From Candidatus Kuenenia stuttgartensis (GTDB lineage: Bacteria; Planctomycetota; Brocadiia; Brocadiales; Brocadiaceae): DNA of 32,000 nt. Under the pieces are notes generated by a model that was not told where the DNA came from, did no database searches, and saw nothing but the letters and a program-made list of their open reading frames with translations. Shown here piece by piece: positions 8,911 to 16,890 of this stretch; position 1 is the stretch's first letter; every line of letters begins with the position of its first letter. The stretch lies in contig NZ_LT934425.1 of assembly GCF_900232105.1 (NCBI RefSeq), positions 3,360,001-3,392,000 on the forward strand, in the 5' to 3' direction. A program made the position numbers and the translations under genes.

Positions 8911-8982
8911 ACCCACCCCTAAATCCCCTCCCAGGAGGGGACTTCTTGTATTCCACTCCTGGGAGGGGATTTAGGGGTGGGT
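8911..8982. repeat. perfect 27-bp-stem palindromic element (C-run/G-run family) with T7 on the plus side
   Basis: acccacccctaaatcccctcccaggag (8911..8937) is the exact reverse complement of 8956..8982. The loop is 18 nt. ttttttt follows on the plus strand only. Confidence 0.9.
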
Positions 8983-9043
8983 TTTTTTCAAATACCGGGA
9001 CAATCCGGAAGGGGTGAACTGTTGCCTTCCTGAAAATTATACA

Positions 9044-10078
9044 TCAACTACATGCCAATAATCCATGCACACATACGGCTATATCCTGAGAATATTGAAA
9101 AAGGTCGAGAAGCCTTCCTTTTTCAATATCAATTTCCGCAATAGTCGCAGGAGAAAATCCCACAAGGATACGGGATTGACCGGCAGGGCAAAGTCCGCGC
9201 AAGAATAACGGGCTTTTAATCTCATGCTCCATGTTTAAAAAACGTGAAAGAAAGTGAATGCCTCTGAAAAAAGAAGATGACTTTGCCTTAGAAGATTTGA
9301 TTGCAAGTTTGTATAGGGCATTTATTTCAGGAAAGTCTAATAAAGATAAAGCCTTGATCAATGTGCCGTTCTGTGTATAGACCATAACCCTTTTTCCCTG
9401 GGTGTCATTAATTATTATTTTATCTTCAAAAAACACAAGATTATGGCATCCTTTTATAGAGGGGTCTTCCAGTACAAGGCGATTTGTTGTCGTATTGTAA
9501 ACGGCGCCAAACCGGTTAAAGAGGACGTATAACTCATTATTATGCACTGCAACTGCATTTAAATGCGTATGGCTTGGCTGTCTGGCGGGCAAGACTTTAA
9601 GCCACAGCAGTCTGTTGTCGGTTGTTTTATCAATTTTCAACGGTGAGAGGGAAAAATGCTTCTGCAGGGTTGGACTTTCTCTTGCCCACCAGGATTTGAT
9701 GGAATTTCCTTGTGTATCAATGCCAATCACGCAATCTATTGCGGTGGAGGTAAGCCAAATTACGTTATCATGATGAAAAATCTCATGCAATCCGACAAAC
9801 AAATTATTTGATATCTTCCCTTTTGGCGTAAGGGAGAGGTCAAAAAGAATCAGGCTATGGTAGGTTGCGACATAGATTGTATCATTAATCTTAACGATGC
9901 CCCTTCCGCCCCTTGAGTTGCCCCGTGGGTTAGCATCGTCTTTTTCTGTAATAAGCGGATCGGTAGGCGATAACGTTGTTTTCCTCTTTATTTTTTTGGT
10001 TGCCCAGTCAATGCTAACCAATTCCCCGCCCTGTGCAATAGGCCCCTGTCGTACCACCGTGCTAAAATAAACTTCCAT
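9044..10078 (-). CDS. hypothetical protein, repetitive beta-strand (propeller-like) pattern; possibly TIGR03032/DUF4915-like
   Basis: Long intact 344-aa ORF inside the glycan cluster with repeated short hydrophobic strand/turn periodicity. FLRGLCPAGQSRILVGFS and HNLVFFEDKIIINDTQG are reminiscent of that family, from memory only. Confidence 0.4.
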   Translation of the reverse strand: MEVYFSTVVRQGPIAQGGELVSIDWATKKIKRKTTLSPTDPLITEKDDANPRGNSRGGRGIVKINDTIYVATYHSLILFDLSLTPKGKISNNLFVGLHEIFHHDNVIWLTSTAIDCVIGIDTQGNSIKSWWARESPTLQKHFSLSPLKIDKTTDNRLLWLKVLPARQPSHTHLNAVAVHNNELYVLFNRFGAVYNTTTNRLVLEDPSIKGCHNLVFFEDKIIINDTQGKRVMVYTQNGTLIKALSLLDFPEINALYKLAIKSSKAKSSSFFRGIHFLSRFLNMEHEIKSPLFLRGLCPAGQSRILVGFSPATIAEIDIEKGRLLDLFQYSQDIAVCVHGLLACS

Positions 10079-10122
10079 TCACTTATATCTCCGCAAAAAA
10101 GTATTTAAACCAAAACAACATT

Positions 10123-11280
10123 TTACAGGCCAAAGGCGTCTTTTGCATGTTTTATCGTATTTTCCCATGAAAAGATTTTTTGTGAGGCCACCGTATTTCT
10201 TGCATATGCTTCGACCGTTTCCGGATCGGATAATTCCGCTATTGCACGTGTAAGGTCTTCAACATCAGGGTCAAAGTAGGGAATACCGGAAGCGGTGTAG
10301 CCTGTCTTGTGTGATTTAACGAGGATGCCATTATACCGGTCTTGTATCACCTCATTATGGGGCGGGATGTTGTTGGTGATTGTGGGTAATCCGAAAGAGA
10401 CTGCCTCATAAAAATGCTGTCCTAACCCTTCCCACCTGCTTGGTGCGAGGCACACATGGCATGATGAAAACAAATCATAATATTCCTTTGCGGATAAATC
10501 TTCTTTAATGTGTATAATTCTTTTATCAGTAAAATCATCAATATGTTCCGTATTTGACCGCTCCCCCTGCGCCTTGATAATGAGCCTTATATTGGGATTT
10601 TGTACTTGTGTAAAGGCCTTGACTGTTTTTCGTATGGGCTTTCTGCCGCCCTGAAAGCCGCCAGGAAAATAAAAATAAATGGCGTCTCCCCGTTTTTTCG
10701 ACACGGAATTAAGAAGTTCCGGATGGCATCCCCACGGCACCCACGGGCTGTCAACGCCAAAGTCGGCGTATCGTGTGCATTCGCATTTGTTTAAAGAATA
10801 AATTATGTCATATGCGTCGATGGCGCCTTTCATGGGGCGTATGCCTGAATTACTTAATAAACACCTTCCTGCCATTTTCCACATAAATGGTTTCAACGGT
10901 ATTTTTTTATAACCGGTTAGGTGTTGTATCCCGAAACTTTCCCAGATAAATCTTCCGATGGTCTTTATCCCCATTGCGCGTAACGCCGCAATTTCCTTAA
11001 ATTGCAAATTTGAATCAAAGAATATCAGATCGAGTGAATTGTGAACAGCCCATTCTTTGTATTCTTTTAAGGGGATTACAAAATTAGAGGCATGGGCAAC
11101 GCCTTCCTGTTCCCATACATCTGATTTGGCAATGAATTTTGGCAGGGCGTCATTATCCCTTGTGGGCCTTGCAAGCACAAAGGTCTTGTGTCCAAGTTCA
11201 TCTAATATAGAGCGCAGATAACGTGAAACAGTAGCCTGTCCTCTGTTTAACCAGGTGCTGACTATGCCGATATGCATCAT
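10123..11280 (-). CDS. GT-B fold glycosyltransferase, paralog A
   Basis: MMHIGIVSTWLNRGQATVSRYLRS...CLAPSRWEGLGQHFYEAVSFGLPTITNN. Start moved to ATG 11280 by alignment with paralog B. The tracked start at 11355 adds 25 unaligned residues. Confidence 0.75.
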   Translation of the reverse strand: MMHIGIVSTWLNRGQATVSRYLRSILDELGHKTFVLARPTRDNDALPKFIAKSDVWEQEGVAHASNFVIPLKEYKEWAVHNSLDLIFFDSNLQFKEIAALRAMGIKTIGRFIWESFGIQHLTGYKKIPLKPFMWKMAGRCLLSNSGIRPMKGAIDAYDIIYSLNKCECTRYADFGVDSPWVPWGCHPELLNSVSKKRGDAIYFYFPGGFQGGRKPIRKTVKAFTQVQNPNIRLIIKAQGERSNTEHIDDFTDKRIIHIKEDLSAKEYYDLFSSCHVCLAPSRWEGLGQHFYEAVSFGLPTITNNIPPHNEVIQDRYNGILVKSHKTGYTASGIPYFDPDVEDLTRAIAELSDPETVEAYARNTVASQKIFSWENTIKHAKDAFGL

Positions 11281-11411
11281 TTTGCCTTTCTTTAATTTTA
11301 CTATCGTCAAACAAATCGTAAAAGCTGAGGATACGTTAATGCCGGCGGTGTGCAATGAGTTCTCTTACTTTCGGATGTTTTATTTTTTATATGACTGTGC
11401 CGCAGTTGTTC

Positions 11412-11846
11412 TCAAGAGGTTTTTAATATGAATTTCAAAATATAATTGCAATATTTTGCATATTGATTTATAGCATCTCCGACTGTTTTATAGATAATAC
11501 TTTTATCTAAATTGTTATATTCATGAACAATTGCATTTCTAAATCCGGCGCTTTTCGAGATTTCTTCGGCAAAATCCCTCTGCAAAACATTCAAGTCAGC
11601 AAGGAGTAAGAATGTGTCTCTATATGTCTTTGGCGCTTCCATATCCGGTCTGGCCAATTCAGAAATAAGGTGCTCATTAATATCGATAGCCCTGCCAATG
11701 ATCTCCATTAAGATATTTTTTAGCGCCGCATACTTTATAAAATCTTCCGCAATCTGGCTAATTGTAAAATCATAGAATATCTTTAATCTTTCCAAATCAC
11801 GGGTAATTAAATTCAGTTTTTCTTTTAAAAATTCTTTATCAATCAT
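11412..11846 (-). CDS. hepT: HepT (DUF86, HEPN-domain) RNase toxin
   Basis: Contains the R-x4-H-x-Y HEPN motif (FRNAIVHEYNNLD). Sits directly downstream of an MNT gene. Confidence 0.85.
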   Translation of the reverse strand: MIDKEFLKEKLNLITRDLERLKIFYDFTISQIAEDFIKYAALKNILMEIIGRAIDINEHLISELARPDMEAPKTYRDTFLLLADLNVLQRDFAEEISKSAGFRNAIVHEYNNLDKSIIYKTVGDAINQYAKYCNYILKFILKTS

Positions 11847-11854
11847 CTGAAATA

Positions 11855-12259
11855 CTAAACGCCTAAATTTTGCAGCCGTTTCTTAATAAGCACTTCTTTT
11901 AACCTTAAAAGGTCTTGGCTATCATAATAATCGCGGAAGGCATAGGATTTAAAAGAATTATAATCATAACTCTTACCGTAAAGCAGAACTCCTTTACTCA
12001 TTACCTGATAACGAAACAGGGAATTGGTATTATGAAGGGATTTTACATCTATTTCCTTAACTTTAAATATTTCAGCAAATTCGTTATTCAAATCAATCAG
12101 ATTTTCAAAGGTGATGGGTCTTGTTCCCAAAACAGCAATATCAATATCACTTTCTTTACAAGTTCGCCCGCTTGCATGAGAACCATAAAGTATAACTAAC
12201 AAGAGGTTGTATTTCCTGGCAATATGATCAATTTCAGGCTTTGACATTAAAATGTTCAT
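11855..12259 (-). CDS. mntA: MntA minimal nucleotidyltransferase antitoxin
   Basis: LYGSHASGRTCKESDIDIAVL matches the G-S-x(n)-D-x-D pol-beta NTase motif. Only 8 nt separate it from hepT. Confidence 0.85.
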   Translation of the reverse strand: MNILMSKPEIDHIARKYNLLLVILYGSHASGRTCKESDIDIAVLGTRPITFENLIDLNNEFAEIFKVKEIDVKSLHNTNSLFRYQVMSKGVLLYGKSYDYNSFKSYAFRDYYDSQDLLRLKEVLIKKRLQNLGV

Positions 12260-12278
12260 CAGTGGCCTCTCTCTCTCT

Positions 12279-13439
12279 TTATAATCTAAAAGTCTTTTTT
12301 ATATGTTCGGTGGTGGTATTCCATGAATATTTTTTTTGCAATTGTATCGTATTGTTTGAGAGTTCCGTTATTTTATTTACGTCAGACAGTTCCTCTATTG
12401 CCCTTGCAAGGTCATCCACATCAGGGTCGTAGATGGGTATTCCCGATTGTTTATAACCAATTTTTACCGATTTTACAAGCAGCCCATTCTTTCCGTCTTC
12501 AATGACTTCATTGTGAGGGGGGATGTTATTGGTGATTGTGGGCAATCCGAAGGAGATTGTTTCATAAAAATGTTGCCCTAAACCTTCCCATCTGCTTGGC
12601 GCCAAACATACATGACAGGAGGAGAATAAATTATAATATTCCTTTGCGGGCAGGTCTTTCACTATTTTTATGAGTCGTGTATCCGGGAAGTCTTCAATAT
12701 TCTCGGTCGTTGTCCTTGTTCCCTGTGCTTTAATAATCAGGCGAATGTCAGGATTTTTTACCTTCATAAAGGCTTCAACCGTCTTTCTCATCGGTTTTCT
12801 CGCCCCCTGAAAACCGCCCGGAAAGAAAAAATAAATAGCATCTTCACGTTTTTGCGGTTTTACTGCAAGTAGTTCCGGATGGCAGCCCCATTGGATCCAG
12901 GGGCTGTCAATCCCAAAGTCTTTGTATCGCGCCTGTTCACATTTTGTGAGAGAATAGACGATATCAAATGCCTCCTTTGCACCAATGACGTCCTTGTTGG
13001 TAAAGCACTCCCGCATATACCGGCAAAAAGCCTTCATATCCCTTGTCCGAAGGATTGTTTTAAGGCCTTTTGCATGTTTTTCTCCAAAACCTTCCCAGAC
13101 GAAACGGCCAAAGGTTTTAATGCCCTTTGACCGCAGATATTTAATCTTGTCATACTCATTGTTTTCATCAAAAAAAATGATCTGGATGGCATTTTTTTCT
13201 ATCCAGGAGAGATATTCTTCTAAGGGGATGAAAAAACGAGACGCCCTGGTAACGTCCCCCTGGTTCCATACGTCAGCCGTAGAGATAAAATTGGGCAAAT
13301 CATCGGTATCGCTTGTGGGGCGGGCAAGTACGAATGTGTGATGTCCCAAATTGTCAAAAACAGACCTGAGATAACGGGACACCGTGCTTTGTCCCCTATT
13401 CCACCAGGAGCTAACTATTCCTATGCTGAGTTTTTTCAT
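12279..13439 (-). CDS. GT-B fold glycosyltransferase, paralog B
   Basis: MKKLSIGIVSSWWNRGQSTVSRYLRS...CLAPSRWEGLGQHFYETISFGLPTITNN. ATG at 13439 forms an ATGA overlap with the stop of the upstream sulfotransferase. Confidence 0.75.
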   Translation of the reverse strand: MKKLSIGIVSSWWNRGQSTVSRYLRSVFDNLGHHTFVLARPTSDTDDLPNFISTADVWNQGDVTRASRFFIPLEEYLSWIEKNAIQIIFFDENNEYDKIKYLRSKGIKTFGRFVWEGFGEKHAKGLKTILRTRDMKAFCRYMRECFTNKDVIGAKEAFDIVYSLTKCEQARYKDFGIDSPWIQWGCHPELLAVKPQKREDAIYFFFPGGFQGARKPMRKTVEAFMKVKNPDIRLIIKAQGTRTTTENIEDFPDTRLIKIVKDLPAKEYYNLFSSCHVCLAPSRWEGLGQHFYETISFGLPTITNNIPPHNEVIEDGKNGLLVKSVKIGYKQSGIPIYDPDVDDLARAIEELSDVNKITELSNNTIQLQKKYSWNTTTEHIKKTFRL

Positions 13440-14392
13440 CGGCGAAAAAAATGGGTAAGGTTGTTGTACCATCGTTGCGTGTTCATAAGCTTAAGACAAT
13501 CGTGATATCCTGCCTGTTCAAGTGCTTCTCTCATATTGAGGAGGGTAAAACCTTTTCTCCAGTAATTACTGGATGGGGCAAATAGCGTTACCTTTTTTTT
13601 CACATGTTCTGTCGTCCATTGAAGAACGTTACCGGGTAATGTTCTTTCCATAAAATCATAGAGCAATTTCAGTGTTTCATGCGGTTCCGCTATTAAATCC
13701 TCATTGCGTAATAAAAGAAAATTTTTCCCGAATGTTTTCCTGCCTGCCTCGTGTGTTTGCTGAAAGGTATATTTCCAAATCATTAAAACCTTCAAATAGT
13801 CGTTGCAATTTTTCATATGGGCATATTCGGGTGTTTTTATCAATAATTTATAAAGTTCGTAACTTCCCCACGGATTCCTTTCGATGATGGTTTTGAAAAA
13901 GGTTTTTTTCGTAGAATACTTTTCTCTGTGTTTCTGTTCTCTGCCAAAAATATACGACGTGGTGATTGCACGCGGGTCCCGAACGATAAGGATGAGTTTT
14001 GAATCCGGGTCGATTCTCTTGAGTACCGGGATTTTGGTGTACATTCGTGTAAATTTAATAACGGTATCTTCAGAGCGGGAAATCAAATATTTTATGTAAT
14101 CAATGCAATATTGCGGTAAATCTCTTTCGAGTTCCAGGGAGGCGTCCCTTGGTGTGCCATAATTTAACAAATCGATGTCTTTTAATAAGGGGTATGTTTT
14201 TTGAAAATCTTCCCTGCATTTTCTGATCTTTTCAAAAAGATCAACATTTTGTATGCCGCTACCCCCTCCGTGTTTTGGAATTCTACCTGCGGCAAAAGGT
14301 TCATAATATAAATCAAGATTCTTGTCCTGACACAATATATCATAAACAATTGTTGTTCCTGACCGGCGCATTCCCTGTATAAAAACATTCAT
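13436..14392 (-). CDS. sulfotransferase
   Basis: MNVFIQGMRRSGTTIVYDIL (5'-PSB) and LILIVRDPRAITTSY (3'-PB-like). Confidence 0.8.
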   Translation of the reverse strand: MNVFIQGMRRSGTTIVYDILCQDKNLDLYYEPFAAGRIPKHGGGSGIQNVDLFEKIRKCREDFQKTYPLLKDIDLLNYGTPRDASLELERDLPQYCIDYIKYLISRSEDTVIKFTRMYTKIPVLKRIDPDSKLILIVRDPRAITTSYIFGREQKHREKYSTKKTFFKTIIERNPWGSYELYKLLIKTPEYAHMKNCNDYLKVLMIWKYTFQQTHEAGRKTFGKNFLLLRNEDLIAEPHETLKLLYDFMERTLPGNVLQWTTEHVKKKVTLFAPSSNYWRKGFTLLNMREALEQAGYHDCLKLMNTQRWYNNLTHFFRR

Positions 14393-14630
14393 TTACGATC
14401 CCCCCCCATGAGTGGAAAAGAATGAGAGACAAAACAGCAGCCGCCTGCGTGTATTACTTTTATTTTAGTGTATGTAAAATCAAGGCGGCAGTATATCAAA
14501 ATACGGAAGAGAAGGAAACGGAAAATAGAGAGATAGTTGAAGGGGAAGCAGTGGGGGGAGACAGTCGGCTGTTGGCAATCTACAGCCTGCAATTTGCCGG
14601 TTGCCGATTGTATTTATTTTGTTTTCACAT

Positions 14631-15788
14631 TTACATAATTACCAGTTCCGCATGCAATGCGCCGGCTTTTTTAATGGCCTGGAATATCGAGATGAGGTCC
14701 CTTGGGGTTACGCCCAATACATTAAGTGCACGCGCAACGTCGGAAATAGAGACGCCTTCCTGCAGTACGGTCAATCTGCTTTTTTCTTCGCTTACCTGTA
14801 TATCCGTGCGTGCCATATCCCTTGTTTCACCTGCACCCAGCATATTTGGCTGTGAAACCTCCTTTTCTTCCTTGATCGTTATACTGAGGTTTCCATGGGC
14901 AACTGCAACCGTGGATATTCTTACATGCTGGTCTGCAACAATGGTGCCGGTGCGTTCATTAATAATTATCTTAGCGACGCTGTCGGTTTTAATGTAAAGT
15001 TCTTCCAGGGTAGAGATAAATTTTACTATAGTCTCATCGGACTGAAACCCCTGCGGAGGTCTTATATTGATAACCGCCGCATCAACCGCAACTGAAGAAT
15101 TTGGATAAATATTATTAATAAGCTCTGTTACCCTTGTGGAGGTGGTGAAATCAGGGTCTCTCAGCACAATATTCAGTGCCTGCCCCTTCAAAAAGGTGGT
15201 GTGAATCTCCTTTTCAACGATCGCTCCGTTTGAAATATGGGCGGTAGTGGATATGTTTTTCCTGACAGACTGTGCATCGCCTTTGATGCTGTAACCGCCT
15301 ACGGTAAGCGCGCCCTGAGCTACGGCATACACTTCATTATCAGCGCCCTGCAATGCGGTCTGAAGCAGCACGCCGCCTTCCAGACTTTTACAGTCACCAA
15401 TGGAAGAAAGCGTTATGTCCAGCTTATCGCCCGGCCTTGCAAATGCAGGGATATTCGTGGTGACCATGACCACCGCGGTGTTTTTGGAAAAGAAGTCTTT
15501 TTCATCCATTAGCACCCCCAGTTTTTCAAATATATTTACTGCCATTTGGCTGGTAAGTTTAAAGATTTGACTGTTATCGCCTGTTCCCTGAAGTCCGATA
15601 ACTATGCCATATCCGTAAAGCTGGTTTTCACGCACGCCCTGAACATACGCAATATCTTTAATTCTGACTGCGGCCTGTACGTGATGTACAAAGAGGCTTA
15701 TCAGTGTTGTGCCTGCGATAATAAAAGACGTTATAACACACTTCAACATAAACCTTATTGTAAACTGTTTTTTTCCCATAGCATTCAC
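14631..15788 (-). CDS. flgI: flagellar P-ring protein FlgI
   Basis: Signal peptide followed by RIKDIAYVQGVRENQLYGYGIVIGLQGTGD. C-terminus is ISDVARALNVLGVTPRDLISIFQAIKKAGALHAELVIM. Confidence 0.95.
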   Translation of the reverse strand: MNAMGKKQFTIRFMLKCVITSFIIAGTTLISLFVHHVQAAVRIKDIAYVQGVRENQLYGYGIVIGLQGTGDNSQIFKLTSQMAVNIFEKLGVLMDEKDFFSKNTAVVMVTTNIPAFARPGDKLDITLSSIGDCKSLEGGVLLQTALQGADNEVYAVAQGALTVGGYSIKGDAQSVRKNISTTAHISNGAIVEKEIHTTFLKGQALNIVLRDPDFTTSTRVTELINNIYPNSSVAVDAAVINIRPPQGFQSDETIVKFISTLEELYIKTDSVAKIIINERTGTIVADQHVRISTVAVAHGNLSITIKEEKEVSQPNMLGAGETRDMARTDIQVSEEKSRLTVLQEGVSISDVARALNVLGVTPRDLISIFQAIKKAGALHAELVIM

Positions 15789-15842
15789 CGTAAGTTGTTA
15801 ATGGATAATTTGTCTTTCTGTGTTTTATTAAATCTGTATAAT

Positions 15843-16142
15843 CGTAACACTTTAGTTTTTTGAAAAATTCCCGTTATAGAAAAAATACCATGTAGCCCCG
15901 TCAGGGGCGGTCTGTTTGTAGCGCAATAAAATTCAATAAGGTAAATAGCTCCGTAGGAGCGGCCTGTCCGTATTCAGGCAGACCTGTTTAATATGGATTT
16001 ACAAGAGACAGGTCGCTCCTAATTGCAGAGACAGGTTTCAAACCTGTCTCTACGATCTGTTATAATATTCTATTTTGCTACAAACAGGCTGCTCCTACGG
16101 AGCTTATAGGTAATACATTTTTCAAAAAACTAAAGTGTTACG
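15843..16142. mobile_element. 300-bp MITE-like element with perfect 26-bp terminal inverted repeats and a 6-bp TATAAT target-site duplication
   Basis: cgtaacactttagttttttgaaaaat (15843..15868) is the exact reverse complement of 16117..16142. TATAAT flanks both ends (15837..15842 and 16143..16148). The interior has nested palindromes, for example gagacaggtttcaaacctgtctc, and contains no ORF. Confidence 0.8.
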
Positions 16143-16199
16143 TATAATCTGTGGCTTTTTTTATTAATTTAGGATTTTAAATCGTGCTTCGTAACTAGC

Positions 16200-16820
16200 T
16201 TAAAATGGCGATACAAATTCCTTCAGGCGATAAAACCAGCCCCGTTTGGCGGCATTTGTCAAAAAACCTTTGCCTTCAAGGCTTATACTGGCATTTGCAA
16301 TCGAGCTTGATTGAATTACATTATCCACACTTACATCGATTGGCCGTATGATCCCTGATACCTTTATATTGTATTTTTCCTTATTAATATCCACCTCTCT
16401 GTTCCCTTCAATAATAAGATTCCCATTTGATAATATTTCCGTTACCACAGCGGTGATTTCCAATTGAAGGCTGCGGCTGCTGTCGTATTGCCCCGTACCG
16501 CCAAAAGTGTGCTCAGTTTGTGATTTTACATTGGGTAAATAGTCTTGCAATGCCCCTAATTTCTTGGAAAAATCTGAAGCGTCCACATTTATGTTATGGC
16601 TTGTGCTTTGGTCTGCGCTGGAATCTTCTTTTCCGGTAATTGCCGTTGACTCATTTATCGTGACCGTCACAATGTCGCCGATACGCATTGCCCTGTTGTC
16701 ATTATAAAGGTTTGTATTTAACGTAATGCGTTTTTGCCAGAGAGATTCTCCCATAGCATCGGTTACGAATGCAATACAAGTGAAACATGCAATAAGATAG
16801 GGAATAGTTTTCTTTTTCAT
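16200..16820 (-). CDS. flgH: flagellar L-ring lipoprotein FlgH
   Basis: N-terminal signal sequence with Cys. SLWQ...LYNDNRAMRIGDIVTVTINE and GNLIIEGNREV are FlgH hallmarks. Confidence 0.9.
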   Translation of the reverse strand: MKKKTIPYLIACFTCIAFVTDAMGESLWQKRITLNTNLYNDNRAMRIGDIVTVTINESTAITGKEDSSADQSTSHNINVDASDFSKKLGALQDYLPNVKSQTEHTFGGTGQYDSSRSLQLEITAVVTEILSNGNLIIEGNREVDINKEKYNIKVSGIIRPIDVSVDNVIQSSSIANASISLEGKGFLTNAAKRGWFYRLKEFVSPF

Positions 16821-16870
16821 AAGAGACTCCGCCAGTGGTTGTTCTGATTTAAAATATTTTGACCAAGTAG

Positions 16871-16890
16871 GGGCGAATAATTATTCGCCC
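16871..16890. repeat. perfect 20-bp palindrome gggcgaataattattcgccc in the flgA-flgH junction
   Basis: Self-complementary. It overlaps the flgA stop codon by 1 nt. Confidence 0.8.

Noticed and set aside
14422-14997. 191-aa plus-strand ORF spanning the flgI 3' end and the upstream spacer
   Set aside because: It is antisense to flgI. Its N-terminal part translates intergenic repeat DNA, and no domain signature is present.
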